Shown: positions 36,931 through 50,144, numbered from the whole stretch's first letter. The stretch: 63,602 bases of DNA, filler included, from Sphacelaria rigidula (GCA_964200075.2; 10 parts of 10 records of this genome joined end to end with filler, not necessarily neighbours in it); one strand, 5' to 3'. The notes: a model not told the origin generated them from the sequence alone. Numbers and translations are program-made.

Positions 36931-38304
36931 TACTCTTGGGTATTTCATGTGTACGTACCCCTCTTGTCCCCATCATTCCCTCAGGTGCCGATGTCGCAAC
37001 TACCGCTGCCTACCAGGAGTATCTACTTCTGTGGACGTCAACGGCTGATGTCGAACGGATGTTTCGTCGAAGATACTGAGTGTCTATCATGTATGCTCAA
37101 GTACCGAAAATCCATCATCAGTCGCAGACGGGAAGCAGAGCATATTCGATTTTTTTTCTACCACGAATCAAGTAGTCCATTCCATCAGCATGGATATTAG
37201 ATAGAGTTGGTCGTATGCTGTACCGCATTCGATTTTTCTTTTGGCTGAGTTGTGGGATCGACTATCGTTTTAATAGGTCATGTCATGGGATTTCACTTAC
37301 GAGGATCACCTCAAGCTAGTCACTATATTGTAAGTGCGTAAAATGGTTTTCTCGAATTAATATCGTGAGGGTCAGCAGTAGTAGTGAAATGGTTAACTTG
37401 GAAGTTCACAGTATGTACATGGTGTAAATATTACGTTGCACATTAAGTGAATGGAAAAGGTGGATACATGTGTCATGGCGGTGAGTACCAAGTGTGCTAC
37501 ATGTAAGGTCAACAAAGAAAAATTACACTACTGAACATTCATCACCGAAAATGCTGCAACACTGTTTCACTGTCATCGCTGAGTGGATTCGCCTGAGCAA
37601 GGATTCCTCATCGGAAACATCTCAGCATCCACTCCCCATCCCAACCCATGGACAGCTATAACCAACATATGGTTGAATAGCACCATGGGTCATACCGTCT
37701 TCGGCTATGCCTCTCCACATAGTCCATTGATTTTTGTCGACCGAGTGAAGGTTTAAAAGTACCGTCGGTCACACCTCACATCATTTTTTCCCCAAGATAT
37801 ATCCACTAGTTACCCACAAATATCAATAGCCGTCCAATTTCACAACTCCCACCATGCTCTCCTCATAATTCCAGGGTGTAAGACAAACGAAATATACCCA
37901 GTCTTGTGCAGCTTGTCCTGCCATCTCACACAGCAGGTCCCTGCTGTTTCGTGTTATGTAAAAAAACGTTGCTTACAACACGATCATGTTAGAATCATCC
38001 ATGGTACTTGTCTACCACCACCGACACTGATCGAATAGGGAATTTTGACAAAAGTGTCACAACCGCTATAAACAGCCGATCATCTATGTTGAGGATGGTG
38101 CTTTTCATTGAGGATGAGAACCNNNNNNNNNNNNNNNNNNNNNNNNNNNNNNNNNNNNNNNNNNNNTTAATTAATTAANNNNNNNNNNNNNNNNNNNNNN
38201 NNNNNNNNNNNNNNNNNNNNNNATTACAGTATTGGAGAGGGGGATCATTTTGGTCACTTGATCACAGTATCGAGCGGGACATCATTTTGGCTATTAATAC
38301 TATT

Positions 38305-38352
38305 GATAATAATAATATTAATAATAATAATAATAATGATAATAATGATAAT
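38305..38352. repeat. (AAT)n microsatellite
   Basis: Imperfect AAT/GAT run. Confidence 0.85.
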
Positions 38353-38395
38353 AAAAAATAAAAAATCATGTATCCCCTTTCTTGCGTGTTATTTT

Positions 38396-38607
38396 CAGGG
38401 CACTTAACGTTACACGTCACAAGCTAAGCCAGGCTAGTACTACGGTGGGGGACCACGTGGTCCCCCACCGTAGTACTAGCCTGGCCCGACGCTCGATTTG
38501 ATTTGACTTGACTTTAAACAAGGCTCTGCGTTTAACGAACTTTGTGACGTGTAACGTTAAGTTGTGACGTGTGACGAAATCTGTGACGTATAACGTTGAG
38601 TACCCTG
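38396..38607. mobile_element. CAGGG...CCCTG MITE carrying a 5S rRNA-derived palindrome
   Basis: TIR CAGGGCACTTAACGTTACACGTCACA / TGTGACGTATAACGTTGAGTACCCTG; weak T-rich TSD. Confidence 0.7.
38421..38492. pseudogene. 5S rRNA gene fragments forming a perfect 58-bp palindrome (38428-38485)
   Basis: AAGCTAAGC-CAGGCTAGTACTACGGTGGGGGACCACGTGG resembles the eukaryotic 5S internal control region (A box, intermediate element, C box). The minus strand reads GCGTCGGGCCAGGCTAGTACTACGGTGGGGGACCACGTGG. It is not a full-length gene; the 5S identity is from recall. Confidence 0.75.
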
Positions 38608-39250
38608 TTTTTTCTCCCGGTGGCTTGGCAGCACAGTGTACTGCAATTTTTGTTCGGTAATGGATTGGTTATTCGAGGGTGGCCGTGACAATTTACGACG
38701 CTCAGAAGAGAGGGTTGTAAATTCTGCATGTAAATCGCATGTTAGGAAACTATTGTGGCGTCATCGTAGTTGTGCGTTTTCTTATGTTGTTTATAGCTAG
38801 AGACTGCGCCGTTTGCAGGAGAGAAGTTTTGGTCGTTTTTGGACGTTGTGATCGTGAACTCTCTTCAGGTGGAGTAACACCTGAGGACCGTTTGTTGCGT
38901 AACGATGATTTTCCTCATTGTTCTTCAAGAATATGATGACGTGCAATCTACCTAAACAAAATAATGAAAATTTGAAAGTTGCCCAGTCAATTTTGCTACG
39001 TATATAAAATAAAAATACTAAATTGCCTCTTTTTTATTTTAAGGAACGACCTTAACGGGACGCAACGTATCATGTTATCATTGTGTGATCTTGGAGTGAC
39101 ATGGAGGTCTATCCTTGAGCGACGGCAAATAAGTATAACATTATTGGAAGCGAGTGAAGATGGCACACGGTTGGACAGCACCGACGGTTGCTGTCCTGAC
39201 ATTTTCTCCCCCCATGATACTGCTCGTGGGTCAAAAGTTCGCAGGCTCAA

Positions 39251-41549
39251 TCCTTTGACCGCCCAGGGGGGGGGGGGCATCGGTTGAGACGACATCAATT
39301 TCACCCGAAATAATAACTATTAGACGTGCTAATTGGGGCAAAAAGCGATTGGGCTGTTCGAGGAAATTCCAACGACCACAGAAAAAAATTCCCCTTTTCC
39401 TTCTTTGCCCTGGGATGCTACGCCCAATTACACTTGCTTTTACAATCCAATTTCTTTACGGGTTGATCGCGCGCGCAGGCGACACCCTCCCTTTCACACC
39501 CTACATCCTATTGCTGACCATCCACACGTAGCCCGTAGCCGCGGTCTTGTCCTCCTGCTTTGAAGGCGTACACTCTAAACATGAATATATATATATATAT
39601 ATAATTTAAATACCATTTCCGCCTTACTGATCTGACCGCGGGACGTGCCCTGAAATGGGCGCTGCAGTGCAGTACATTGGGGTTGTGAGCACCCAACGCA
39701 ATTTTAGACTGAGCAAAGTTCTGAGAAATTTTATGGTCTGGGGCAGGTGAGCAGTGGTGAGCAGTAGACCCAGCTCGTCCAGAACGTGTTTTCGTCCAAA
39801 ATCGGCTCAAAGGCGTCGATTCGAGCTCTGGCAACGCACACTTTGCCTAGGGAACACTCTGCACCCCCTTGCCCGAGGGTTCTCGGTATGCCTTGGTTGG
39901 GGTTAGCGTCAGAATTGGCGGCATCTCATTGTACCAACCATTGTTTACGTACAGTTCGTCAGGTCGCTTCCTTCCACGTGTCCACAACCGCTACGGGACC
40001 CTATTCCCCTCGGCATATTTCCCGATAATATCTATGGATCCCTCCGCTCCGTTCCAGGAATGTTCATATCTCCGGCATAGTTTTGGGGACGTTCCCTCTG
40101 GAACACTCTTCTGTCCCCTCGGGTCATTGTCTATCGCGTCCCCGGAGTAATAGTCATACTCCAACTCGAGTCACTTCTTCTCTCGACCCTGGAGTTTCTC
40201 TCCACACAAGAACAAACTATCTAGGCACGTCCCACGGCCAAGTCCGTGGCTCCCGAGATTACCACTCCCACAGCCAGGGGTAGTAGCCTTATTGGCGTCA
40301 ACGCAGACATATTTTGTTGAGGAGAGCTCCGCCGCTTCTGTACACAGCCACACAAGGAACCGAAGGCTAAAAGCATGGCATGTACTGGAATAGACGACAT
40401 CATGGTGACCGAATTGCGCTCTCCTCTTCATCTGTGTTGTTGATTGTATTGGTGCCGCCATGTTCGCCGTACCGCCTCTACACCCTGCGTCCGCTGTGAC
40501 TTGAGCTTGTATGTCGTGAATACACGGACAGGTGTCTCCCACCCTCCACTCAACCCAGGGGCACGTGTTGTATCGGCATACTTTCCACCTGAAAAATAAA
40601 TGCAAAACCCAGATGATCCAATCGGCGGTCGGAGAGTTCAACTTTAGAGCCGGTTATTCTAGGAAGAGGCGGCCGTCTCCAGAGATTTCGACTCGAAAAA
40701 TGAAAACAAGACACCACCCTGGTGATCAAGCGTCACTCTCACGAGAGCGGGAGGGGAGAGTGACGCTCTCGGAAGGAGTAATCCGATACTCGACGATACC
40801 CACAGAAGAAGGGAGGAATGCGGCGGGGGGCACAAATAAGATAACATTGTACTGTACTGATTGTACTGTGCTGTACGGTGCACTTCGGCTTTGTCTATTT
40901 ACACAGACAGCAGCCACCTCATGATGGGTCAGTTGTGTTTGTATGGGCGTACTATTTACCTCGAAGATGAAAGCCCCCCGCAGCCCAAGGACTTTTTTTT
41001 TTGCAAGTCGAGGCAGGAAGGGATGGCGGTGTCGGCGGGTTTCGTGTAATCTGACCCTTGGTGGGTGATACCCATCGACAAATGGAACAAACGCAACGGA
41101 TGAGAGATAGAGGACAACACCGTACTGTAATATAAAGTACTGTACTGCTGTCCTGTACTGTGCATTTTCGATCTGCTCTGTCTCGACCCGTACAGACGGG
41201 TACCCCCAGAGTGGGTCATCTGTGTTGCATTGTCACAGTTTCAGTCTAAAAATGAATGGTGAAAATACCGTACTGATGAAAATACCGTACGGGCGATGCA
41301 AGGCAGCAGGGAGGTAGGTGTGCGTGTCATGGGAGCAGATGGCCTTCTGCGCTTCTTTCCCAATCGACCGGGCGGCCCATTCGCTTCTTTGCCGTTCGAC
41401 TGGGCGGATCATTCCCATTTCATTGGCTTGTGCGATTTTCCTATAGGAAGATCCTACACACTATTTGAAAAAATTCCAACATGTTTTGGCTTCGATTTGT
41501 ATGTCTAACTGTGTGGCCCAGGCGACCCATGCTGGCGGGGGTCAAAGGG
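39251..41549. mobile_element. Possible old piggyBac-like non-autonomous element
   Basis: Ends TCAA|TCCTTTGACCGCCCAG and CTGGCGGGGGTCAAAGGG|TTCC, i.e. degenerate TIR and TTAA. No ORF. Confidence 0.35.
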
Positions 41550-42102
41550 TTCCACGTCCAGGCTACTTGGAGGGGTAGGTGTGTATTGTAGTGCGTATCC
41601 GAATGATCATGCGCTTGAGAGAAGGGGACATGTTTCGAGCAACGTCTTGCATGAAGAAGCCAATTCTAAGCGTAGATGCAGGCGAAAAATATGGTTGAAA
41701 CATTTTCAGTATAACGCACTGCATACGTACATTACTTGACGTCGTATCCACACGCGCGCGCGCGCACAGACACGCACACAAGCCCATGACGCGTGTGGGG
41801 GGCTATGAAACACGCGTAATGAACTCCTTTGCTCCATGCAGTGATAATTACTCCCCCTTCCCTCACTCTCCTTCTATCGCATGATACGGTTTCGTGTGAT
41901 CGATGGTACGCTGAAGGCTCTTCGTTTCATGTCTCCGTTTCATGTATTTTTCCTCTCGATATTTGCTTGCGGGCACAGTGCAGCACTCGTTCATGTCCTC
42001 AGCTCCCGTCGACTCCGTTCCCCTCCCCCCCTCCTTCGTATTTGTCCGTTCAACTTTTCCCTTTCCTCGCGCGGGTCGTGATCCGTCGGGGTTAACGAAC
42101 AG

Positions 42103-43460
42103 GTGGTGAAGATAAAGGCGATTAGCGTGATCGGCGGGGGAAATGGGTCCGCCCCATCTAGCATGAAAGTGTGAGTGAGAATGAGTGCAGTCACTGAGTG
42201 TTTCTCGCCCGCACGACTGGGAAAAAGCCCAATGGAGCCATGCAATTTGCTCCAGGTTTGGTCTGTGTCCCACCCTGCCATGCGCTGCTCTCTTGGTCGT
42301 TAAGCGTTTACGGTTGTTGGTGGATCATGACTTTTTGACGTTGCCAAGGGAAAGTTCATGGATAGAGCTGCGCGCTATGGATCCGTGTAGTAATTTGGCG
42401 CCCCGGCTGAGACTGCTCCGCGTATACGATCAATTGAGCGGATGACAGCGCGTTCCCTGTGGACGGCATGGTCACACGTTGCTTCGATGTGCAATCTCCT
42501 CAGCACTGTTGCTTTTTTCTTGGAAGCTGTGCCTCTGTGATGCAGATGTGGGCGGTGGTGGGCAAGGGCGGATGTACATTTACTTCACCAAGAAAGCAAC
42601 GCTTGGTCACCGGTTTTTGTATCTCGCATCATAGAAGACGTCTCCTGTAGCTCTTGGAATGTACAATCCGTGGTTTGGATCTGATGTCGTAAGAAACGCA
42701 TAATTCGCGCGTGGAGCGCGATGTTCAGTCAATTGATGCTGATGCTAATGCTCGCTTTCTCGTCACACAAATCAGGTTTGTTAATCGGGATGACATAGAC
42801 TTCGGCCTTGCCCACGACCTACCTGCCGTGCAGACTCTGGAGATGGTGCGAGATTGCCAAGGGATAGAGGTATTATTTCCAGCTTCATCGTGCACTATGC
42901 TGTGTTCTTTGGTGTCGAAGCTGCACATGGCTTTCAATATGGGTTGGCATGACCAACCGTGCAAATCACCCACGTTGCATGATATTTACCGTGAGTGCGC
43001 CAATACAACGCATACATGAATGTTATATTTTGAGTGTGATCCTTGGCATATGCTCCTTGAACCGGATCCTGTATCGCCACTAGTCAACGCCATGGATCGC
43101 AGAATGTCGCTTTTTATTTTTTTTTGTGGCGAAGATATAGATGGAACTTTTACGAGAGTCAGCCGCGCGTGCCGAACGCCCCGACTTCGAACAAACGAGT
43201 TTTGACTGCCCATTGAATCTGGACAGTCGATGTATGTCTGTAGGCTGGGTACGTGCGTGCGCCAGAGGATAACTTGAGCCTACCCTCTCCTGCATTTCGT
43301 TGCTTCCTCGCGCGCGTGAATTTAACCAGTTCAGGTAGATTATCCTACCAAGCTTTCCAAGATGCAGAACGTGAGCGACATCACCCTGTTCGTTTCTCAA
43401 AACTTCGGCGCGGACTCGACAGTCATCTCTTATCTCGGATTCAAGGGTGAAGGCACAAAT
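42103..43460 (+). CDS. PITHD1: PITH-domain protein (PITHD1-like), three internal exons
   Basis: Exons 42103-42170 (VVKIKAISVIGGGNGSAPSSMK-V), 42776-42869 (FVNRDDIDFGLAHDLPAVQTLEMVRDCQGIE) and 43335-43460 (VDYPTKLSKMQNVSDITLFVSQNFGADSTVISYLGFKGEGTN). All GT-AG, phases consistent. First and last exons not located. Confidence 0.88.
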
Positions 43461-43770
43461 GTAAGGAAATAGAGACGCTGTTTAGCCCGGTCCGGCGAAA
43501 ACCCAGCGTGCTCCGTCTCGGCTACGTAAGGGCGGACCCCCTATGGGGTTGGTGTCGTATGGGAACTAGGCTGATAAATACGTTCATCACTGCGTAATCT
43601 AGGCATCCAGATTACCATTTTTATTTTTGCGCGCTTGCGTTGTTTTCTGCGGTAACCATGATGGTGGTCGAGCTAGGTAATATTGTGCGGGGTGGGAGAG
43701 CCTCAATTCCGCGCAAGGCGGATGATCATATTATGTAGCGTTCATATGATGAGACACCCGTGAGGTAGTA

Positions 43771-44492
43771 CAGGCTGGTTCACGTTCATCACCCAAAAAA
43801 CACTCATCGGCAAAACCTCACGCCGTTTGAAGGAGGTAGACCCTGAAATTTTGCACGAATGTTTGATGGGTAATTACACAACTTTCGAGGGTCGAGTTTC
43901 TTTTTACTTTTTACCTTTTCACCGTTTTTCGGGGGTCCCATTTTTTTTGTGGAAAACCTCGACCCAATCGGACCCCCGTAAAACGGCAACATAAGAAACA
44001 AACAAAAAACCTCGTCCATCCCAAGTTGCGTAATGACCCAAAGCACAGTTGTGCAAAATTTCAGGGTCTAACTCCTTGAAACGGCGTGAGGTTTTTGGCC
44101 TTTGTGCGATGAAGTTTGCCGTACCGCGGTGAAACCGCGAACTACTTGATTTTAGTACCAAAGCGGCGTTTTTGGGCCTTCTTTGACGTGAACATGGAAA
44201 TTCAAGCATCAGTTGATCGAGTTTTGCGACGAAATTTTGTGGAGTCCACCCTTGGGTTATGCGGGGGCAGATAGTACGCGAAAAAATGAAAAAAAAAGCG
44301 TAGTGCCATTTTTCTGGGGTCCCAGAATGGAGACTACTTCGCAAAACAACTTCGATCCCGTCGGACCCCCGAAAAACGGTGAAAATCTCAAGAAGTTCAA
44401 GAAACATCGTCCGTCCAAAGTTGCGTAATGATACATAGCTTTTTTTATGCGAAGTTTCAGGATCTAACTCCTAATGACAGCGTGAAAGTTTG
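43771..44492. mobile_element. MITE-like repeat with internal inverted and direct duplications (truncated by contig end)
   Basis: AAAACCTCACGCCGTTT..GACCCTGAAATTTTGCAC vs GTGCAAAATTTCAGGGTC..AAACGGCGTGAGGTTTT; duplicated GGGGTCCC..TCGGACCCC blocks. Confidence 0.55.
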
Positions 44493-44592
44493 NNNNNNNN
44501 NNNNNNNNNNNNNNNNNNNNNNNNNNNNNNNNNNNNTTAATTAATTAANNNNNNNNNNNNNNNNNNNNNNNNNNNNNNNNNNNNNNNNNNNN

Positions 44593-45958
44593 TCTTTTCC
44601 CGCTCATTTGCAGCTCACGGACGCCACAACGACCACGCCCCTTTCTCCCCGGAAATGGTTCCCGAGCCTCTCCGCATCGACACGATACCTGGACTCACAA
44701 CTGACAGCGCGTCGGTCTTGTGTGATGCGGTGGGTTGTGAAACACCACCGGTTCGTTGCGATCTCGGGGCTGGTGTCAGGGTTCTTCCGTCAACAACGGG
44801 TGGTTGTCGCATCATCAAGCGTTGGTTCAAGCAACGGATACAGTACTGTACGCACGCACACCTCACCGAGCCCGCGTGAATCGTCCTTGGGAGTACTTCA
44901 AACTGCTCAATTAACTCGAATATCACGACACCCATCTTCTTCCCTCCTTTGCTGCTACCATAATGTGGTAGCGGCTGGGCCGCCTAAGAAGCTCACTTCA
45001 CTTCAGCTCGTTCAACCTGACGATATATCGCGAGTTGTGCCAGTAGGGATAACCGGCGTTGGGCTACAAATGTCCATGATTGATACTACTTGATAAGAGT
45101 GTGCACAATGAGAATCGGATCTTTAGTACGACTGACAGTCCCGTCTGCTCCTCGTGTGCGCAGATCACGTTTTCATCGGAATCGGCGCCACAGGAGCCGA
45201 TTTGGGGTCTGAAAAGGCAGCACTTTGCCGAGGGAATGCTATGTACCGCCCTTGTCCGAGAGTTCTCGGTTTGCGTTCGGTTGGGGTTACGGTTAGGGGG
45301 AGCGATGCTTGTAAAATTGGTCGAAAATGTATTCAGAACACGTGCACAGCAATTACCAGCGGCCAGCGAGGAGCTCGGACTGTGTCCGCCAAAGATATGT
45401 CTTCTGATGGGTCCGTACATGGACCTCTTCGTTTGAAGGCGGCTAAGGATTCTGCCTGCGACATATATGCCAGTAAGCAAACTCTTACGAAGGCTGTTAT
45501 GCAAATGCTGCTGTCGAATAGCCGCAACATAAAACTCGGCCCAGGCGGCAGCAGGCAAGCTGTGTATCGCTGTCGGGAGCAGGTAATTGATGAGGACAAG
45601 AAAGATATCGGGTGTATGTTCCGCATCAATTGTTGCAAGCGCGGGCGCGTTGCTGTGTGCTGTAGTGCTGAACGCCATTAGTGTCCTACTCCTATTTCTA
45701 TATGCGTGACCTCCAGTACTATATCCGTTGCTTGAACCAACGATCGATGATGCGACAACCACCCGTTGTTGACGGAAGAACCCTGACACCAGCCCCGAGA
45801 TCACAACGAACCGGTGGTGTTTCACAACCCACCGCATCACACAAGACCGACGCGCTGTCAGTTGTGAGTCCAGGTATCGTGTCGATGCGGAGAGGCTCGG
45901 GAACCATTTCCGGGGAGAAAGGGGCGTGGTCGTTGTGGCGTCCGTGAGCGGGAAAAGA
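44593..45958 (+). mobile_element. Mutator-like (MULE) non-autonomous element with ~250-bp TIRs and a transposase N-terminal remnant
   Basis: Near-identical inverted arms at 44593-44848 and 45714-45958 (left arm cut by contig edge). Internal 45397-45687 encodes IYASKQTLTKAV...AVYRC..x..GCMFRINCCK...ERH*CP, resembling the MuDR/FAR1 WRKY-GCM1-type zinc DNA-binding domain. Confidence 0.65.
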
Positions 45959-47279
45959 GCCGAATGTGCGGGCACCATGGTTGGAGTTGGCGCGTAGACT
46001 CCCTTGCGCGCGATGTGCCGCATCAGGTACAGTATAGAGAGCGATGGCCTACCACAGGTACATTCTCGGTCGATCGATGGCCCAGATAAGGTACGATTGA
46101 AAAATAATTCCTAGATCAGGTATACGTGGGCGAACTTTGACCTACAAAAGGTAATCGGTTTCTGGAGGCGAGACGTCCGTTTTCGCGTGGCTGTATCTCT
46201 CGAGGAACATGTTTTTATCCGTTTTTTTCGGGGCCCGGGTGCCAACGCCCCCCCCCCCCCCCGATTGATGTCCTCATGACCATGCATGCCATAGTCATAA
46301 GACCATTGACCTCACATGAGTACACCCCCCCGAATGATGTGCGTGAAAACTCCGGAGCGAAAACGGTCGAAATGGCGTGTTTGGCTGTTTTCGCGTTTCT
46401 GGCCATTTTTGTACCTTTCTTGGGCAAAAAAAAGAAGGCATACCTTTTCTAGGCCATTGCCCAAAGATAGCAATGGGAGAAGGTCCGAAATTTCGGAAAT
46501 CTCCCAACGGTGCGCAGGGTCTGTTATTATCCAGATCTACTGTTGCAGATGGATATCTCATTACAGATGGTGCTGATCTCGTCGTTAACTTGCCCTCGCC
46601 GGCAAAATATAGCCCAGGGATATGCTACCTGCCCGTGTATGGCGTTCATTACTGTGGTAAACATCTTTCTCGCAACCTACCTGTGACATGGGGGGCAGTC
46701 GGATAGGCTAGGGCGTGATTCATCGCCTCTTTCGGGATGCGACAGCAGCACAAATGAGGAAAAGCACCCTCTGTAGAAAGCCCAGTGCATTGATTGCAGC
46801 ATGCTTGTTTTCTGTCAGTCGTATGCACAGATACACCCTATGAAAGCACTAGCTACAGACTTTACAGACGGTGTGGTAGCGTACACTCGTAGCAGCACTG
46901 CAGGCAAGTAGGTAGCTACTGGATTGTTTTTGCTCCTCACTTCGGAAGTGCGTATGCCTGCAAACTACGACCACCGTGCTTTACCCGAACAGCTCCAAAA
47001 CCGCTGCCCGGGCACACATCATCTAAGGAGATAGATACCGCCAACCCGCGGTGCTTTTTTTTTAATGTACGACACAGCCCAGGGTGTCACTAGCAAGGTT
47101 CCTGATGACTCTCGCATGCTTGCGAGCGCCACGGCGTGCGCCAACGGCAGCTCTGCGGAGTGTTGCGCTGCGGTCCAAAATGGTCGGAGTTCTCCAAACG
47201 TGAAGGTTCGGAGAAGAAATCTAGCCGCTTGATTATAGGAAAACTCCGACCGCCAGGTACGAAAACTCCTAAACTCTAG

Positions 47280-47835
47280 GAGATCTCCGAAAAACCTGCG
47301 TCGATAATAACGGCCATTATTACCGACATTGCTTTTTCGGAGATCTCGGATTCGATCAGACATGTCGGACTCTGCGTTCGGGCTTCTCCGACAACGAAGC
47401 AGCGTGATTTTTCTCCGAACCTCCATTTTGGGGACAAGTCTGGCTATTCAGGACTGCAACCCAGCAATTCGGAGAGCTGCCCTGTGTGTACGCAGTGGCG
47501 CTCAGAAGCTTTAGCGAATCATTTATGTCCGAAAATTTCGATGATCTCCGAAAAAATTGTGTCGATAAAAATGTGCCTTATCGACCCTGTTTTTCCGAGA
47601 TCACCAAAAATTTCGGGCATAAATCATACTCGAAAGCATGTGAGCGCCACGGTGTACACACAGGGCAGCTCTCCGAATTGCTGGGTTGCAGTCCTAAATA
47701 GTCAGACTTGTCCAAAAACAGAGGTTCGGAGAAAATATCACGCTACTTCATTGTTGGAGAAACTCGAACGCAGAGTCCGACATGTGTGAAAACCTCAGAG
47801 ATCTCCGAAAAACAGTGTCGATAATAATGGGCCTT
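47280..47835. repeat. Foldback repeat (MITE-like)
   Basis: Inverted arms ~47355-47530 / ~47610-47785 (ACATGTCGGACTCTGCGTTCG / CGAACGCAGAGTCCGACATGT) with repeated GATCTCCGAAAAA..GTCGATAA blocks. Confidence 0.65.
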
Positions 47836-50144
47836 ACAAACGTTTCGCCATCCTATTATTTCCGGCACACGCCCCTTCTACGTTGTCAGCTGTTCTTGTC
47901 AAGAACGAATGATACTCACAAGGACACGCGCGAGCGCCCCGCGACGCCACACGGAGTGTATGGCTTTTGCAGGGACGAACTTGCAAAATAGGAGAAGCGA
48001 TGATGAGATTGTTTGACTGTACAACCTCCACTGCTCACAGAAGAGCTCGTGATGTTCAGAGTCGAGGGAGAGGCCCTCAGTGAGCTTGGTGGTGGCTTTT
48101 GCTGTACTGCTGTACTGTACTTTACACCCCATGCCTAGGTGATTTTTTCGGTGCCACACGCGCATACCCTGAAACCTGAGTACGCGAGGACTGCAGAGCG
48201 GTTGCCAGAATAAACTTGCGACTCCTTGGGCGCAGCCCCCTTGTGATGATAGATACAGTGTTCAATATTCTTGACGTAATTCTGGAAATATATGCAATGT
48301 CACACGCCGAGCAAATTGCTTCCTGGTTCTTCGTCATATCGCCCACTATCCGATAACCACCACCCCCCAAAACAGTATTTTTGGTTGCTTGTAGGTAGCG
48401 GTTGCTGGAGGTATTCTAAAGAGGGGATAATTTAGTTCGAAAGAAAACGTGCTCCGTTGTCGCCCTGCATGGCTTCCGACGCACACATGCTCCACTCAAG
48501 GCACAAAATTACTCGAAAGCATTACTAGACATGACACCAGCAATCCTCACGGCTTGCTGTGGCGAGATATGAATTAGCAAAGAAAGCAGATACGTTTCTC
48601 GAGAATCCAAGACCGAAAAGGGGTTCGCAGGAGGTCCTGTTCGACAAAATGAATAGCACAACATTTCTCCCTCATAATTACACATGCGAAATAACCCAAT
48701 GTATATGTAGCAGCACCCAAACTGCAGCAAAAAATGCTCCAAATATTCTGCATATCCTTTGCTGCAGATAATCCCACAGTATCGACGTTTTTTTAGGGGG
48801 GGCGCAAACTGTTTTGCTACAAAATCTGCAGCACTTTTGTTGGCCACGTGTTGCCGTCTGTCTGGCTGCCCAAAGTCAACCTCACAACCCTGCGTTCGTG
48901 ACCTGAACGACAGTCCCAAATATATTTACCATCTCGGGAATATCGGATACCTCACAACCAAGCAGATAAGACCGGGCACTGATGACGCGCTGCAGAATTC
49001 GTTACGCGTAGCACTCTTGAGTTTCGAAGCAGCTGTTCTCAAAGGTGTAGGAACAAATGACGTATTTCGCTTGTTGGCAAGGCACGAAATCGGCCACGCC
49101 TCTAGAGTACAGTGAACACTGTACACATCAAGCGTGGAAGCGTCAGCTCGCTCACCTACACTGTCGTGCGGCACCCCTCCAAAGCTAGCCACCATGAATC
49201 CTACATAAGGAAACAGGTTCACCAACACGTAACAATTCACGAACTGCGCGCCGTTTGATTTTTCCGTCGCGTATCGTGGTTGGTTTCGAAACCGGAACGA
49301 TCAAAACAGGAGGAGGATGGGGACGACGAGGACGACGACCGGGGGCGGGAGAAGGAATAAGATTTAAGCAGGGTACAAACGGGTGCCTCCACTATCACGT
49401 AAAATGAAATACACACTCCGGACCAGTGGTGCTTTTGCTTCATCAAGGATTTTCCCATATCTTCCGCCACCAAACGTTCTCCCCGCGACCACACGGAGAA
49501 ACTCTCGGGATGGTTCTCGGTTGTGAATGGAGTATGACATGTTTTACTGTCCGCTGCTCAACGCCATTTCCCCTTGCGAATTTCGACGCATTGGTCGAGC
49601 TGTTGGCAGGTAGCTGAGTACGCCCGGGAGTTCAACCTACGTAGCTAGGAATGTTCCTCTACGTGAGTGCCGAATTCCTAACGCAACAATATGTTGTGCT
49701 TAGCTTCGACTAAATCCATATCGACATTCCAATACATACACGCCTTGCATGAACAAGATATCCCATACAGGGCAAAAGACAAAAGCAGGTACAGTCTCCC
49801 ATATTTCAGCCAAAACGTAGGTACAGTTAACCGCGCAAGTTGGAGTTGTCTGTCCTAGGCGCAAACCACTTAGGACTCAATCCCCACGCGAAGGCAAGGC
49901 GCCCACAGCCCATGCACAGCATGTCCACCAACTTTCGCAAAAAACGAGCGCGGCTATACGGCGGAATGACGCCGCGGGAAAAGAAGGCCGTGCAGTGTAC
50001 CCCGCAAACACTACTGGATTTCTCTTGTACCTCATGGTGTCTCATATTATGTCCAAAGTGTACCTCTATTTGACCAATATAGGCCTTCCACAGCCCCCGT
50101 CCAGCCCGGCGCACGGCACAGAACCGATTGGACGAAGAACTTAT

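Noticed and set aside
37370..38122. 3' LTR of the gypsy element
   Set aside because: No second LTR copy is in the contig and no clear PPT or TG..CA boundaries were found.
38421..38492. Functional 5S rRNA gene
   Set aside because: Only ~40 nt of the ~120-nt gene is present on each strand, with no 5' half or terminator.
45064..46023. 319-aa ORF on the minus strand
   Set aside because: It runs through the TIR arm (the same peptide appears in the mirrored arm) and is antisense to the MULE-like domain, so it is spurious.
48025..49105. Possible minus-strand TPR-like exons (..VYSGNRSAVLAYSG.., ..KLTEGLSLDSEHHEL..)
   Set aside because: Resemblance is weak, phases could not be joined confidently, and a neighbouring candidate exon has an in-frame stop.
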